Part shown: positions 1 through 9,702 of the stretch, piece after piece | Layout of the letters: every line of letters begins with the position of its first letter | Position numbering within the stretch: the first letter of the stretch is position 1 | NCBI GenBank assembly: GCA_963665095.1 | Contig: OY762069.1 | Coordinates: 5,472,001 to 5,536,000 of the forward strand | From: an uncultured Desulfobacter sp. | GTDB taxonomy: Bacteria; Desulfobacterota; Desulfobacteria; Desulfobacterales; Desulfobacteraceae | Reading direction: 5' to 3' | DNA: 64,000 nt | The notes under the pieces: model-generated | What the model was told of the DNA's origin: nothing | Seen by the model: the letters and a program-made list of their open reading frames with translations, nothing else | Databases searched by the model: none | Made by a program: the position numbers and the translations under genes

Positions 1-79
1 CAGCGCAGTTGACTGCGTATTTTATTTGACACCCATATTCAGGGATTAACCCATAATTATTATATAGAAAGGGAAAATT

Positions 80-1492
80 ATGACACCAAAAGACGTACTG
101 GCAATGGCCAAAGAAAATGATGTGAAAGTGGTTGACATCCGCTACATGGATTTCATCGGCACCTGGCAGCACTTCAGCGTACCTGTATCAGAGCTGACTG
201 AAGCTTCCTTTGAAGACGGTTTTGGATTTGACGGTTCCTCCATGAGAGCATGGCAGGCCATTAACAACTCTGACATGAACGTTGTTCCGGAAGCCGGCAC
301 CGCTAAAATTGATCCGTTTTTCAAGGATTCTACACTGGTTGTAATTGGCAATATTCAAGATCCCATCACTGGCGAAGCTTATTCCAGAGATCCCCGCGGC
401 ATTGCCAAAAGAACAGAAAGCTACATTAAAAGCACCGGCCTGGGCGACACCATTTTTGTAGGTCCCGAGCCCGAGTTCTTCATCTTCTCCAACATCCGTT
501 ACGCGTCTGATCCCCATGCTTCCTTCTTTGAAATTGATTCCCCGGAAGCAAACTGGAACACCGGTGACGGCTCCGAACCCAACCTGGGTTACAAAATCAA
601 ACCCAAACACGGTTACTTCCCCCTTCCGCCGGCTGACAACTATCAGGACATGAGATCTGAGATGATGCTGACCCTGATGGATCTGGGTATTGAAATGGAA
701 TGCCAGCATCATGAGGTTGCCTCTGCCGGACAGTCTGAAATCGACCTTCGGTTTGACTCCCTGCTGAAAATGGGCGACAAACTGGCCTGGTTTAAATATG
801 TTTTGAGAAATGTGGCGGCTAAATACGGACATTGCGTTACCTTCATGCCCAAACCGCTCTTTGGTGACAACGGTACCGGTATGCACACCCACATGAGTTT
901 CTGGAAAGATGGCGAGCCCACCTTTGCCGGTAACAAATATGCAGGTATGTCTGACAACGCGCTTTGGGCCATCGGCGGCATCATGAAACACTGCAAAGCA
1001 CTTTGCGCCATCACCAACCCCACCACCAACTCCTACAAACGTCTGGTACCGGGTTTTGAAGCGCCTATTAAACTGGCTTACTCCAGCCGGAACCGTTCTG
1101 CTGCCATCCGTCTGCCCATGTACTCCGGATCTCCCAAGGCAAAACGCCTTGAGTTCCGTACACCTGATCCCAGCGCCAACGGCTACATGGCCTTCTCCGC
1201 CATTGCCATGGCAATGATTGACGGTATCCAGAACAAAATTGATCCGGGCGATCCCATGGATAAAAATATCTATGATCTGCCGGCTGAAGAGCTCGCAGCT
1301 ATTCCGTCCGCACCGGGCAGCCTTGAAGAAGCACTTGAGGCCCTTAAGGCTGACAACGAATTCCTGCTCAAGGGTGATGTTTTCACTAAAGACGTTATTG
1401 AGTACTGGATTGACTACAAAATGGAAAACGAAGTTAAACCGGTTATCAGCCGTCCGCATCCCCATGAGTTCTACCTGTACTTTGACATTTAG
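80..1492 (+). CDS. glnA: Glutamine synthetase type I
   Basis: 470 aa with GSI motifs FDGSS, GPEPEFF, HHEVA, FMPKP, NGTGMHTH, SYKRLVPGFEAP, RNRSA, EFRTPD, adenylylation-site NIYDL and C-terminal PHPHEFYLY. Confidence 0.97.
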   Translation: MTPKDVLAMAKENDVKVVDIRYMDFIGTWQHFSVPVSELTEASFEDGFGFDGSSMRAWQAINNSDMNVVPEAGTAKIDPFFKDSTLVVIGNIQDPITGEAYSRDPRGIAKRTESYIKSTGLGDTIFVGPEPEFFIFSNIRYASDPHASFFEIDSPEANWNTGDGSEPNLGYKIKPKHGYFPLPPADNYQDMRSEMMLTLMDLGIEMECQHHEVASAGQSEIDLRFDSLLKMGDKLAWFKYVLRNVAAKYGHCVTFMPKPLFGDNGTGMHTHMSFWKDGEPTFAGNKYAGMSDNALWAIGGIMKHCKALCAITNPTTNSYKRLVPGFEAPIKLAYSSRNRSAAIRLPMYSGSPKAKRLEFRTPDPSANGYMAFSAIAMAMIDGIQNKIDPGDPMDKNIYDLPAEELAAIPSAPGSLEEALEALKADNEFLLKGDVFTKDVIEYWIDYKMENEVKPVISRPHPHEFYLYFDI

Positions 1493-1529
1493 TTAGACCA
1501 GCCTCCTGTTGGGGATTGACCTGACAAAC

Positions 1530-1573
1530 GGGCCTGGAGAGCCATTGCGCTTTCCGGGCCCATTCTTTATTTT
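1530..1573 (+). terminator. Probable intrinsic terminator of glnA
   Basis: Stem GGGCCTGGAGAGC / GCTTTCCGGGCCC (with G-U pairs) followed by ATTCTTTATTTT. Confidence 0.7.
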
Positions 1574-1744
1574 CACCCGGGTTTCCGCTCTTTTTTTCTT
1601 GTACACGCCTGTCCCACATTTATGTACTTTTTTAATGCAATCAAAAACAAAATACGCTATATACTCAGATAAAATAGACAGGCCCTGGAACAGGAAGCAA
1701 TTTCTCCTGCCTCAAATATCAGCAAGGGAGCAGATACCTCAACT

Positions 1745-2767
1745 ATGAAAAATCCAGACCTATCCTCTAAAGAGAGTCCCTTTTTCACATTGATACCTTT
1801 TTTTACACTTGCCTCGGTTTTCAGACCGGCATTATTTTATACACTGATTACTTTTTTTAAGCGGATTACGGGGCTGGCAGCGGCTTTATTCATCTGTTTA
1901 TCATTCAGTCTTAGCTACAGTCAGGAGCAGGCAGCAGCGACTGCCGACAGCGCTTCTGCCGACAGCAAGGCCTTAGAAAGCCCTGAACCGGCCAGTGAGC
2001 TTGATCCTCTTGCGTTAAGGCTGATCCAGGACGGGTTTGATGAATCAAAAATCAAGGCCCTGTTTGCCAAGAAAGAGGTTACGTTTGATCCTTCCGGCGT
2101 CTCTTTATTTTTTATTCATTCGGAATCCAGCCTGAACTATGACCAGTTTTCCGCACCTAAATCCATTGCCAATGCACAGAAGTACATGGCAGAGCATAAA
2201 GAGAGTCTGGACAAGGCCCAAAAAGCATTTGGCGTGGACAAGACCATTATCACGGCCATCCTTCTTGTTGAAACAAGGCTTGGGACTTACCTTGGCAATC
2301 GTACGGTAATAAATACCCTGTCCACCATGGCGGCATTGACTGACAAGGCCCTGGCTGAGAAACTGTGGGCCTCCATATCCGATAAGAAAAAACATGACCG
2401 GGCGGCGTTTGATAAAAAGGTGGAACAGAAAAGCCGGTGGGGGTATGAGGAGCTGAAAGCCCTGATCAGTTTTGCCAATCGCGAGGGTCTGGATCCGTCC
2501 GCCATTAAGGGTTCATATGCCGGTGCTATGGGCATCCCTCAGTTTATGCCCTCAAACGCCCTGACCCTGGCCCGGGACGGCAACACGGACGGAAAAGTGG
2601 ATCTCTTCAGCCACGAAGACGCCATTTTTTCTGTGGCCAATTTTTTAACGCACCACGGCTGGAAGACCGGCATCAGCCGCCAGCGCCAGCACGAAGTCCT
2701 GTTCAGTTACAATCATTCCAACTATTATGTGGATGCCCTGCTCAAGATTTCAGATAAATTAAAATAA
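1745..2767 (+). CDS. Lytic murein transglycosylase, MltB/SLT_2 family
   Basis: Motifs IITAILLVETRLG, GSYAGAMGIPQFMPS, DGNTDGKVDL, SVANFL, YNHSNYY; true start may be downstream. Confidence 0.88.
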   Translation: MKNPDLSSKESPFFTLIPFFTLASVFRPALFYTLITFFKRITGLAAALFICLSFSLSYSQEQAAATADSASADSKALESPEPASELDPLALRLIQDGFDESKIKALFAKKEVTFDPSGVSLFFIHSESSLNYDQFSAPKSIANAQKYMAEHKESLDKAQKAFGVDKTIITAILLVETRLGTYLGNRTVINTLSTMAALTDKALAEKLWASISDKKKHDRAAFDKKVEQKSRWGYEELKALISFANREGLDPSAIKGSYAGAMGIPQFMPSNALTLARDGNTDGKVDLFSHEDAIFSVANFLTHHGWKTGISRQRQHEVLFSYNHSNYYVDALLKISDKLK

Positions 2768-2820
2768 CAGACTGCAACCAATCCCTGGGATTTCCAAAAC
2801 AACACAAAAGAAAAAATTAA

Positions 2821-3036
2821 ATGACACCCAAAGAACTCCTTTTATATATCCTGCTCATCGTTGGTATCTCCTTTGCCCTGACCATGCTGGCCCTGGTAGA
2901 TCTGCTTAAAAAAGACTTTCCCACACCAAAGGAGAAGTTTGTCTGGCACCTTGTGGCCATCGTACCGGTTATCGGCTGGCTTTTCTATTTTGTTCTGGGA
3001 GCAAAAAAAGGCACCCGTAAAAATTTTGATGCCTGA
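2821..3036 (+). CDS. Small two-TM membrane protein (PLDc_N-like)
   Basis: 71 aa, two hydrophobic helices, pattern KFVW..VAIVPVIGWLFYF typical of PLD-nuclease N-terminal domain proteins. Confidence 0.7.
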   Translation: MTPKELLLYILLIVGISFALTMLALVDLLKKDFPTPKEKFVWHLVAIVPVIGWLFYFVLGAKKGTRKNFDA

Positions 3037-3121
3037 CCCTTTAAATCCAATGCTTCTGTTCCGAATTTTTATTGACTTTTAGCCCCATCCGTTATAAATA
3101 GTCACCCTTATGATGATATAC

Positions 3122-3196
3122 GGTCCCATCGTCTAGCGGTTAGGACGCCGGCCTCTCACGCCGGAAACCCGGGTTCGATTCCCGGTGGGATCACCA
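3122..3196 (+). tRNA. tRNA-Glu (anticodon CTC)
   Basis: Cloverleaf GGTCCCA...TGGGATC-ACCA, anticodon arm CCGGC-CTCTCAC-GCCGG, T-loop GGTTCGATTCC, encoded CCA. Confidence 0.96.
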
Positions 3197-3367
3197 TTGA
3201 TAACTATCCATTATGAGCAAATAATGATTTTAAAAAACCACCCATTTTTACCCGATAATCGGAAATCTCCGATCTCAAATTTTTAGCCAAATTCTTCGAA
3301 TTTTAAACGGATTGATAAGAAGAAGGATTCTGCAGGTTGAATCTATTAAATAATTCCAATAAACATC

Positions 3368-6310
3368 TCAGGATTTTATTTCCAAACTCTCTGTTAATTC
3401 GGATGCAATACTGCTGCTTTCAAGGCGCATGATGCTTTCTTCTGAATAACCAAAACTCAAAAGATTGATGCTGCCATACCAGGTTATTTTGTCATCAACA
3501 ATTGCAAATTTCTGATGAATGTTCGATCTGAATATTAAATGGACTCCTATTTCTTCGGCTGATTTAAATATTTGCTCCAGTGATGATCTTCTGTCTTTTT
3601 TAAAATCGTGAGCAGGCCTCGTTATAATTGTAATTTCCACCTGACTTCTCAGAATTTCTTGAAAATACTCGGTCATTTGAAGCATTCTTTTTTTCGTAAC
3701 AAATGGACTGACAATCAATAACCGCTTTGATGCCATTGCGATATCTTGCAGATAAACGGGGTAAAAATTGTCTTTATTGAAAATGATATTGATTGGTGCT
3801 TCCGGCAATGATTCACCTTTTGTTTTATAGCCTATTGCAGCGTACCCTTTGAGTCTTTTCCCATACATTTTTTCAAGCATTCTTACATGAATATCAACGT
3901 AATCATATATCTGGACGTCCCTTTTATGCTCTGAGAAACGATGTAATCTCCCGGCATATTGCTGAAGTGTCCCCTTCCAGGCAATCGGCATTGCCAAAAA
4001 CAACGTATCAAGGCGGGCCTCGTCAAATCCCTCCCCAATATAGCTGCCTGTTGCGACAAGAACAAAAGATTCCGTATTCGGTATGGAATTAAGTTCGTCC
4101 ATTAAGTTGGCGGTCTTCTTTGCGCCCATTCCTCCTTTAAGGCATATTACATTCGTAATCCTTTTCTTGAGCGCCTCTCCCAAATCATCGACATGGGCGA
4201 CACGTCCTGTCAAAATCAATGAGTTTCTCCCCTTTTGATAGCATTCGACTACATCATCGACAATCAGCTGATTTCGTATTTCATCTGATATGAGATGGGA
4301 CTTAATCTCCTGAATAGTAGGTTCAGAATCATCTTTGTCCGACCCGATTCTAAAAGATGTAAATCTTGGGATCAAATAGTGTTCAAATGGTCTTTTTTCT
4401 GCCTGTTTTTTCGCATCAACAGAAAATCGGACAGGCCCGCAGTAAAAAAAGATAATCGGATGATGTCCATCCGGACGGGAGGGTGTTGCAGTCAGACCAT
4501 AAATATATTTAGCTGTCGCATGTTTGAGGATCTGTTCAAAAGTAACTGCCGGTACGTGGTGACACTCATCAACAATTATCATTCCGTAATTTTTTATTGC
4601 CTCTTTTACATTCCCCCTAATATTCATTGACTGCATAATCGCAATATCTATAATGGAACTTAGCCTGTCCTTACCGGCGCCCATATGCCCAATCAAACTT
4701 TGCTCTTTTTTTCGTCCCCTTTTCTTCGGCGGCTCCGGTAATGTTTCATTGATAGTCAGAAATTGATCTAAACGATCCCGCCACTGGGAGAGTAACTGTT
4801 GCCTGTGGACTAATACAAGAGTGTTTACCTTTCTTGTACTGATCAATTTTGCCCCAATAACAGTTTTCCCAAATGCAGTGGCAGCGGACAGCACCCCATT
4901 GTCATGGGCTAATATGAAATCTACTGCTTCCTGCTGTTCTTCTCTTAGTACTCCATTAAACTCAACATTGACCATTTTTCCTGAAGTTGTCTCATCTTCA
5001 ATTTCTGGAATTACTTTCAATTCATCAAGGGTTTGTATGACCTCATCTTCGCATCCCCTCGGCAGTGCCAGATAATCCTCAAAATCATCAGCACAGGATA
5101 TTATTCTCGGCTTGCCATATGTTGATATCCTCATGGCCTGAGCTTTGTAGAATGCTGGATTTTTAAATGCCGCATATCGCTTCAGCGTATTCAAAGCCCT
5201 CTGGCTCAATCCGTTTTTTTCAATATAGAGCATACCGGATCTAACAATCTTGACTGTTCCTGAAAAATCACCTTTTTTCAGCTCGGTTGTTTGTTTCACC
5301 CATGGTTTTAATTTTGAATCACCATCTTTAAGCAACCCCAGTTCATTACCCTTACTCAACTTTTTAATGAGTGTAGTTAAAAGCTTCTCATTCAGTTTTT
5401 TAATATTTGAAAGAAAACTCCATTGATCCGTGTAAGGTACCAAATTTTCGTCAATGAACACTGAATTTCCATTATCTCTGGCTTTTTTCTGGAGCGGCAA
5501 TGCTATCAGATTACCAAATCCTCCCTTTGGCATTGTATCCTGATTGGGAAACAACCTGTCATAAGAGGCAAATGAAATTTTGTGCCGTTTATTCATAGAG
5601 TAGGTCAGGAGTGATGACCCTAATTTTCGGGCAAGTGCAGCCGGTACGTTATCCTCAAAAAAGAACCACGCATGGCAACCGTTACCGGATTGGGACCGCT
5701 CTGTAGCTATTGGAATATCAAACTGTGAGCATGTCTCTCGCAATACCGAAATATCTTTCTGCCAGCCTTCCTTATCAAAATCAATGGCTAAAAAATGGCA
5801 TGTCTCATCAAGCTCCATTGGATATATTCCAATAATCATTTCGCCTCTGAGATGTTTTTCAACGGCAGTTTCATCTAAAAGAGAATACCTTTGTTGATTA
5901 CAACTGGAGCACTTTATTCGGGGTTTGTTACAAAGACCCGGTGTCCATTCGTTAAAGCAATCGGGGCTATATCCAGAAAAACCCTTTTTATTCTGCCATT
6001 TTTTTGCGTATACATCATCTCGTCCTCTGAACAATGACATGAACAGGGAAATTTTTTCATTGATGGGAGAAAATTGATTAACGGTGCTTTCAGCACAGTT
6101 TTCAATATGTTCGAAACTGTCAACAGACTTCTGCTCAAAATGAAAGCCATTTTGCTGTTTTGATTGTGTGCTTTGAACAGGGCCTGTTTTAATGCTGCTG
6201 GTGGGATTTAGGTGAGATTCTAATTTCCGAATTTTTTCTCTGAGGTACTCATTTTCCTTAAGAAGTTCATCGTATTTGTTTTTCAGGCTATTGTATCTAT
6301 CATCAGTCAT
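3368..6310 (-). CDS. Fusion of archaeo-eukaryotic-primase-like domain (TOTE conflict-system type), SF2 DEAD/DEAH helicase and C-terminal PLD-like nuclease
   Basis: N-term LFRGRDDVYA, Cys cluster, AIDFD, ERSQSGNGCHAW, FPNQD, NLIALPLQ; helicase AATAFGKT, DECHH, GLTATP, GEGFD, QYAGRLHR; PLD IVSPFV and HQKFAIVD...GSINL. Confidence 0.85.
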   Translation of the reverse strand: MTDDRYNSLKNKYDELLKENEYLREKIRKLESHLNPTSSIKTGPVQSTQSKQQNGFHFEQKSVDSFEHIENCAESTVNQFSPINEKISLFMSLFRGRDDVYAKKWQNKKGFSGYSPDCFNEWTPGLCNKPRIKCSSCNQQRYSLLDETAVEKHLRGEMIIGIYPMELDETCHFLAIDFDKEGWQKDISVLRETCSQFDIPIATERSQSGNGCHAWFFFEDNVPAALARKLGSSLLTYSMNKRHKISFASYDRLFPNQDTMPKGGFGNLIALPLQKKARDNGNSVFIDENLVPYTDQWSFLSNIKKLNEKLLTTLIKKLSKGNELGLLKDGDSKLKPWVKQTTELKKGDFSGTVKIVRSGMLYIEKNGLSQRALNTLKRYAAFKNPAFYKAQAMRISTYGKPRIISCADDFEDYLALPRGCEDEVIQTLDELKVIPEIEDETTSGKMVNVEFNGVLREEQQEAVDFILAHDNGVLSAATAFGKTVIGAKLISTRKVNTLVLVHRQQLLSQWRDRLDQFLTINETLPEPPKKRGRKKEQSLIGHMGAGKDRLSSIIDIAIMQSMNIRGNVKEAIKNYGMIIVDECHHVPAVTFEQILKHATAKYIYGLTATPSRPDGHHPIIFFYCGPVRFSVDAKKQAEKRPFEHYLIPRFTSFRIGSDKDDSEPTIQEIKSHLISDEIRNQLIVDDVVECYQKGRNSLILTGRVAHVDDLGEALKKRITNVICLKGGMGAKKTANLMDELNSIPNTESFVLVATGSYIGEGFDEARLDTLFLAMPIAWKGTLQQYAGRLHRFSEHKRDVQIYDYVDIHVRMLEKMYGKRLKGYAAIGYKTKGESLPEAPINIIFNKDNFYPVYLQDIAMASKRLLIVSPFVTKKRMLQMTEYFQEILRSQVEITIITRPAHDFKKDRRSSLEQIFKSAEEIGVHLIFRSNIHQKFAIVDDKITWYGSINLLSFGYSEESIMRLESSSIASELTESLEIKS

Positions 6311-6322
6311 TCATCCGATACA

Positions 6323-6622
6323 CTATAAACTCTGTAAAGACCCTTTAATTCTCTTTGGATCTCGTCTTAAATCGAGCACCCGCCATACAGTGGCAACGGA
6401 TTTTTCCCTTAGTTTGTAATATACGGCGTATGGGAATCTTTTTGAAAGCATCCGGTGATAACCATAGAATATTGGATGAATACCAGCGTAGAGCGTCAGA
6501 GAATCGATATCTGAGAACAAAGAATCGAAAAAGTATTCTCCCAGCCCTTCGCTTTGTTCCTCATAGAACTGTCGGCCTTCTGCCAAGTCTGACATGGCTG
6601 AAGAGAGAATCTCAATTTTCAT
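6323..6622 (-). CDS. RelE/ParE family toxin
   Basis: 99 aa, FYEEQSEGLGEYF, RFPYAVYY, RVLDLRRDP; overlaps the upstream antitoxin by ATGA. Confidence 0.85.
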   Translation of the reverse strand: MKIEILSSAMSDLAEGRQFYEEQSEGLGEYFFDSLFSDIDSLTLYAGIHPIFYGYHRMLSKRFPYAVYYKLREKSVATVWRVLDLRRDPKRIKGSLQSL

Positions 6623-6837
6623 TCAAAGTGCTTCCGTAGCTCTTTTTTGGCAGTATGCCAATCCACAACTCTCTCTTTACCGTCTGCAAGGCGTTTTTCT
6701 GTTTCCTGAAGGGCCTTATTATGCCAAGCCGGTGATTCGAGCAGTTCTTCCTCTGATAATAAATCCGCCCACAAGGCATCCACCATTCTGAGTTTCTCTT
6801 CTCTGCTAAGGTGTTTTATTTCTATTGCATTTTGCAT
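6619..6837 (-). CDS. Putative addiction-module antitoxin
   Basis: 72 aa, LSREEKLRMVDALWADL...SPAWH...DWHTAKKELR, typical partner of ParE-like toxins. Confidence 0.85.
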   Translation of the reverse strand: MQNAIEIKHLSREEKLRMVDALWADLLSEEELLESPAWHNKALQETEKRLADGKERVVDWHTAKKELRKHFE

Positions 6838-7199
6838 AATTCAATCCTTCTATATTTAAAGAAAAATTAACACTAATGGCTTTTATTGTCAATTTCATCA
6901 AATAGTTTTACCAGAGGAATGACAAGCCACAACACCGACATTAGAACAAAATTCTTCCGGTCCCCCTCCGGTCCTTTGAAACTTCTGGAATAGTCTCCTA
7001 AAAATCTGTATTGAATTGAAACAATAGGTCCTTTGTCAGCTCCCAGAATCGCGATCGGATAGTTGTTATTTCAATTACCCTTTGTGAACTTTTATAATTT
7101 TTACGATTTTTTATTGATTTGATTGTCGAGGGGGAACACGGTGAATAGTCTGGACATTTTCAGATTCACAATATCTCCTGGAAACCTCGTTATCAGGGA

Positions 7200-7243
7200 C
7201 TCTCACGCCGGTAAACCGGGTTCGAGTCCCGGTGGGATCACCA
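7200..7243 (+). repeat. attR: displaced 3' part of tRNA-Glu
   Basis: CTCTCACGCCGGTAAACCGGGTTCGAGTCCCGGTGGGATCACCA, 3 mismatches to 3153-3196. Confidence 0.9.
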
Positions 7244-7254
7244 CCTGATATAAG

Positions 7255-7290
7255 AGGCTTTCAGCGATTTGCTGAGAGCCTTTGTACTTT
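7255..7290 (+). terminator. Hairpin, probably the original tRNA-Glu terminator
   Basis: AGGCTTTCAGC-GATTT-GCTGAGAGCCT then TTGTACTTT directly after attR. Confidence 0.6.
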
Positions 7291-7545
7291 AAAAAATAGC
7301 CATCTCCCACCCTACCTTCAGAAATCAAGGTAAGCACCGGTAAATTTTGTCCCCCTCCACACTAACCAGAGCATCCCCCCTATCTAATGCATATCATTTT
7401 TTTCTTGAATTTAGCTTCGGTGTAGAGCGTGGACTCATTATTTAATTTGCTCCTATACAAATTGTGGCAAATCTTGTCCTTAAGTTCATTTAACGATATA
7501 TAGATTTAAGCTTTATTTTACTGAAGGTGCTTACTGGTGGGATGA

Positions 7546-8071
7546 ATGTCGAAGAATAAATTGAAATGCTACATTATTGCAGGCCCAAATGGTGCGGGGA
7601 AAACAACTTTTACCGAAAATTTCCTGCCGGAAGAAGCCGATTGCCTGAATTTTTTGAATGCAGAGTTAATCGCCAAAGGAATTGCACCCTTTAACCCTGA
7701 AAGTGTTGCAATAGAAGCCGGTAAGCTTTTTTTTAACGGATGAATAAGATCGTTTCCAATAGAGAAGCGTTTGCGTTTGAAACAACACTGAGCGGATTAA
7801 ATTACATCGACCGTAATAAAAATTTGGAAAAAAGATCGGTTATGAAATAATTCTATATTTTCTGAAACTTGAGAATGAGGAAATGGCTATTCAGCGTGTC
7901 CAGCTTAGAGTTGCTGAAGGTGGGCATAATGTTCCAGAAGATGTTATTATACGAAGGTACCATAGGGGATGGGAGAATTTTCAAAAATATTACAAGCAGC
8001 TGGTTGATGCTTGGGTTGTTTTTGACAATTCCAAAGAAGTCCCTGAAGTGCTGGAGGAAAAGAATGGATAA
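7546..8071 (+). pseudogene. Zeta-toxin-like P-loop ATPase, multiply frameshifted
   Basis: IIAGPNGAGKTT in frame 1, AFAFETTLSG in a second frame, RVAEGGHNVPEDVIIRRY in a third segment; breaks near the T8 run 7727-7734 and near 7813-7840. Confidence 0.82.
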
Positions 8072-8231
8072 AAAATCATACTCAGCTTTGGCAATGGGCG
8101 CAATGCATCGAGCATCAAAGAAAGCAGCCGAAAAAGCAGCCGTCCTGGATCTATCTATTCCTGTATGGAAAGATGGTAAAATTATTTTTGTTAAAGCCAA
8201 AGATAAACTTCAAAAATTGCGCATGGCATAG
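8064..8231 (+). CDS. Small hypothetical protein, usual partner of zeta-like ATPases
   Basis: 55 aa MDKKSYSALAMGAMHRASKKAAEKA...IPVWKDGKIIFV, GGAGG upstream, overlaps the ATPase stop. Confidence 0.6.
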   Translation: MDKKSYSALAMGAMHRASKKAAEKAAVLDLSIPVWKDGKIIFVKAKDKLQKLRMA

Positions 8232-8389
8232 TGACTGGAAATCGATAAAGCCAATAAAGCCTGGTGTTGGCATTAGGACCCCACAATTTTCGGTTCCCCT
8301 CCGGTCCTTTGAATCGTCTGGAACAGTCTGTCCGAAATATTATATTGGTAATCGTATCTTCTTATTTCAAATATATTGCTGGAGTGGTT

Positions 8390-9427
8390 ATGAGCAGAAG
8401 AGTTGAGGCGTATTTTCAAGGATGCCTTCTGGCCGGTGCCGTGGGGGACGCGTTAGGCGCACCTGTGGAGTTTATGTCCATTGACCGGATTCGGTCTGAA
8501 TTCGGGGAGACAGGTCTTACCGATTATGCCGAGGCCTATGGCCGGTTGGGTGCCATCACCGATGATACCCAGATGACCCTGTTCACTGCTGAAGGACTGA
8601 TTCTGTCAAAAGTGCGCCAGGAGTATGCCGGGGACCAGGGGATCATTGATGCGGGGTATCATGCCCTTTTAAGGTGGCTGTATACCCAGGAAATGACGAT
8701 TCAGGAGCATCTCATCCAGAACTACGGCACCTGTTCCATTGTGGACGGAGTGCTCACAGGGCATAAAGCGCTTTTCTCATTACGGGCGCCGGGGAACAGC
8801 TGTCTGTCCTCCCTGAAAAGCGGAAAAATGGGGACAATGGGCGATGCCGTCAACGACAGCAAGGGGTGTGGCGGGGTGATGCGCATGGCGCCTGCAGGCC
8901 TTATGTTTGATGACCCGGAAAAGGCGTTTCATTTTGGCTGCCGGCTGGCGGCGCTGACCCATGGGCATCCCACCGGTTTTCTTGCGGCCGGCACCTTCAG
9001 CGCAATTATCAGTCTGATACTTTCCGGTGCGCCGCTGGTTGAGGCCATTGAGGAGTCTGTCCGGATTCTGAAATCATATAAAGGCCATCAGGAAACCCAA
9101 AGGGCCATTGGCGACGCCGTTGATGTTGTGGGGAAACAGCCCCCCGAACCTGAAACCATAGAAAACCTCGGCGCTGGCTGGATCGCTGAAGAGGCCCTGG
9201 CCATAAGTCTTTTCTGCAGCCTTACGGCCCAGGATGATTTCGAAAAAGGCCTGCTTCTTTCCGTGAATCATTCCGGAGACAGTGATTCCACAGGTTCAAT
9301 TACAGGCAACATTATGGGGGCCTTATACGGCCTCGATAGCGTCCCGGAAAGATGGCTGGCCCCGCTTGAGTTAAGGTCATTAATCACTGACACCGCCATG
9401 GATCTGTTTGAACACTTAGATACCTGA
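8390..9427 (+). CDS. ADP-ribosylglycohydrolase family protein (DraG-like)
   Basis: GAVGDALGAPVEF, ITDDTQMT, SKGCGGVMRMAP, LTHGHP, NHSGDSDSTGSITG; ATG at 8390 after GGAG. Confidence 0.92.
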   Translation: MSRRVEAYFQGCLLAGAVGDALGAPVEFMSIDRIRSEFGETGLTDYAEAYGRLGAITDDTQMTLFTAEGLILSKVRQEYAGDQGIIDAGYHALLRWLYTQEMTIQEHLIQNYGTCSIVDGVLTGHKALFSLRAPGNSCLSSLKSGKMGTMGDAVNDSKGCGGVMRMAPAGLMFDDPEKAFHFGCRLAALTHGHPTGFLAAGTFSAIISLILSGAPLVEAIEESVRILKSYKGHQETQRAIGDAVDVVGKQPPEPETIENLGAGWIAEEALAISLFCSLTAQDDFEKGLLLSVNHSGDSDSTGSITGNIMGALYGLDSVPERWLAPLELRSLITDTAMDLFEHLDT

Positions 9428-9702
9428 TTAAGGCCCCGGCGAACTCTTTGTTATATTTGAGATTTTTTTTCGTATATTGTTTTGATATAATAGAAATTCG
9501 TTACACCTGTTTGCCTTAAATGAAATTCCGGTCCGAATCGTTCTCACGCTCTTTTTCTCCATCTGATTTCCATGCTGTTTCTCTACTTCGGGCATGAACT
9601 GAATACGAAAAATAAACGAAATAAAAACAGATATCTTTATTCAACGGCATTGCAAGTTTAAAGAAAACGAAACAGCCATTTTCGTATTAATGAGAAAGGG
9701 TT

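Larger units (their letters stand above)
3153..7243. mobile_element. Genomic islet integrated in tRNA-Glu (no integrase retained)
   Basis: tRNA 3' part 3153-3196 repeated at 7200-7243 (41/44 identical); AT-rich cargo in between. Confidence 0.85.

Noticed and set aside
188..1465. 425-aa minus-strand ORF and the many other antisense or overlapping ORFs in the track
   Set aside because: Shadows of well-supported genes on the opposite strand or frame; no recognisable motifs
1509..1748. 79-aa ORF between glnA and the transglycosylase
   Set aside because: Runs through the glnA terminator, TTG start, no family signal
6939..8329. Repeats as integron attC sites or a CRISPR array
   Set aside because: Only two copies 1.3 kb apart, no attC-type palindrome, no regular spacers, no intI or cas genes in the window
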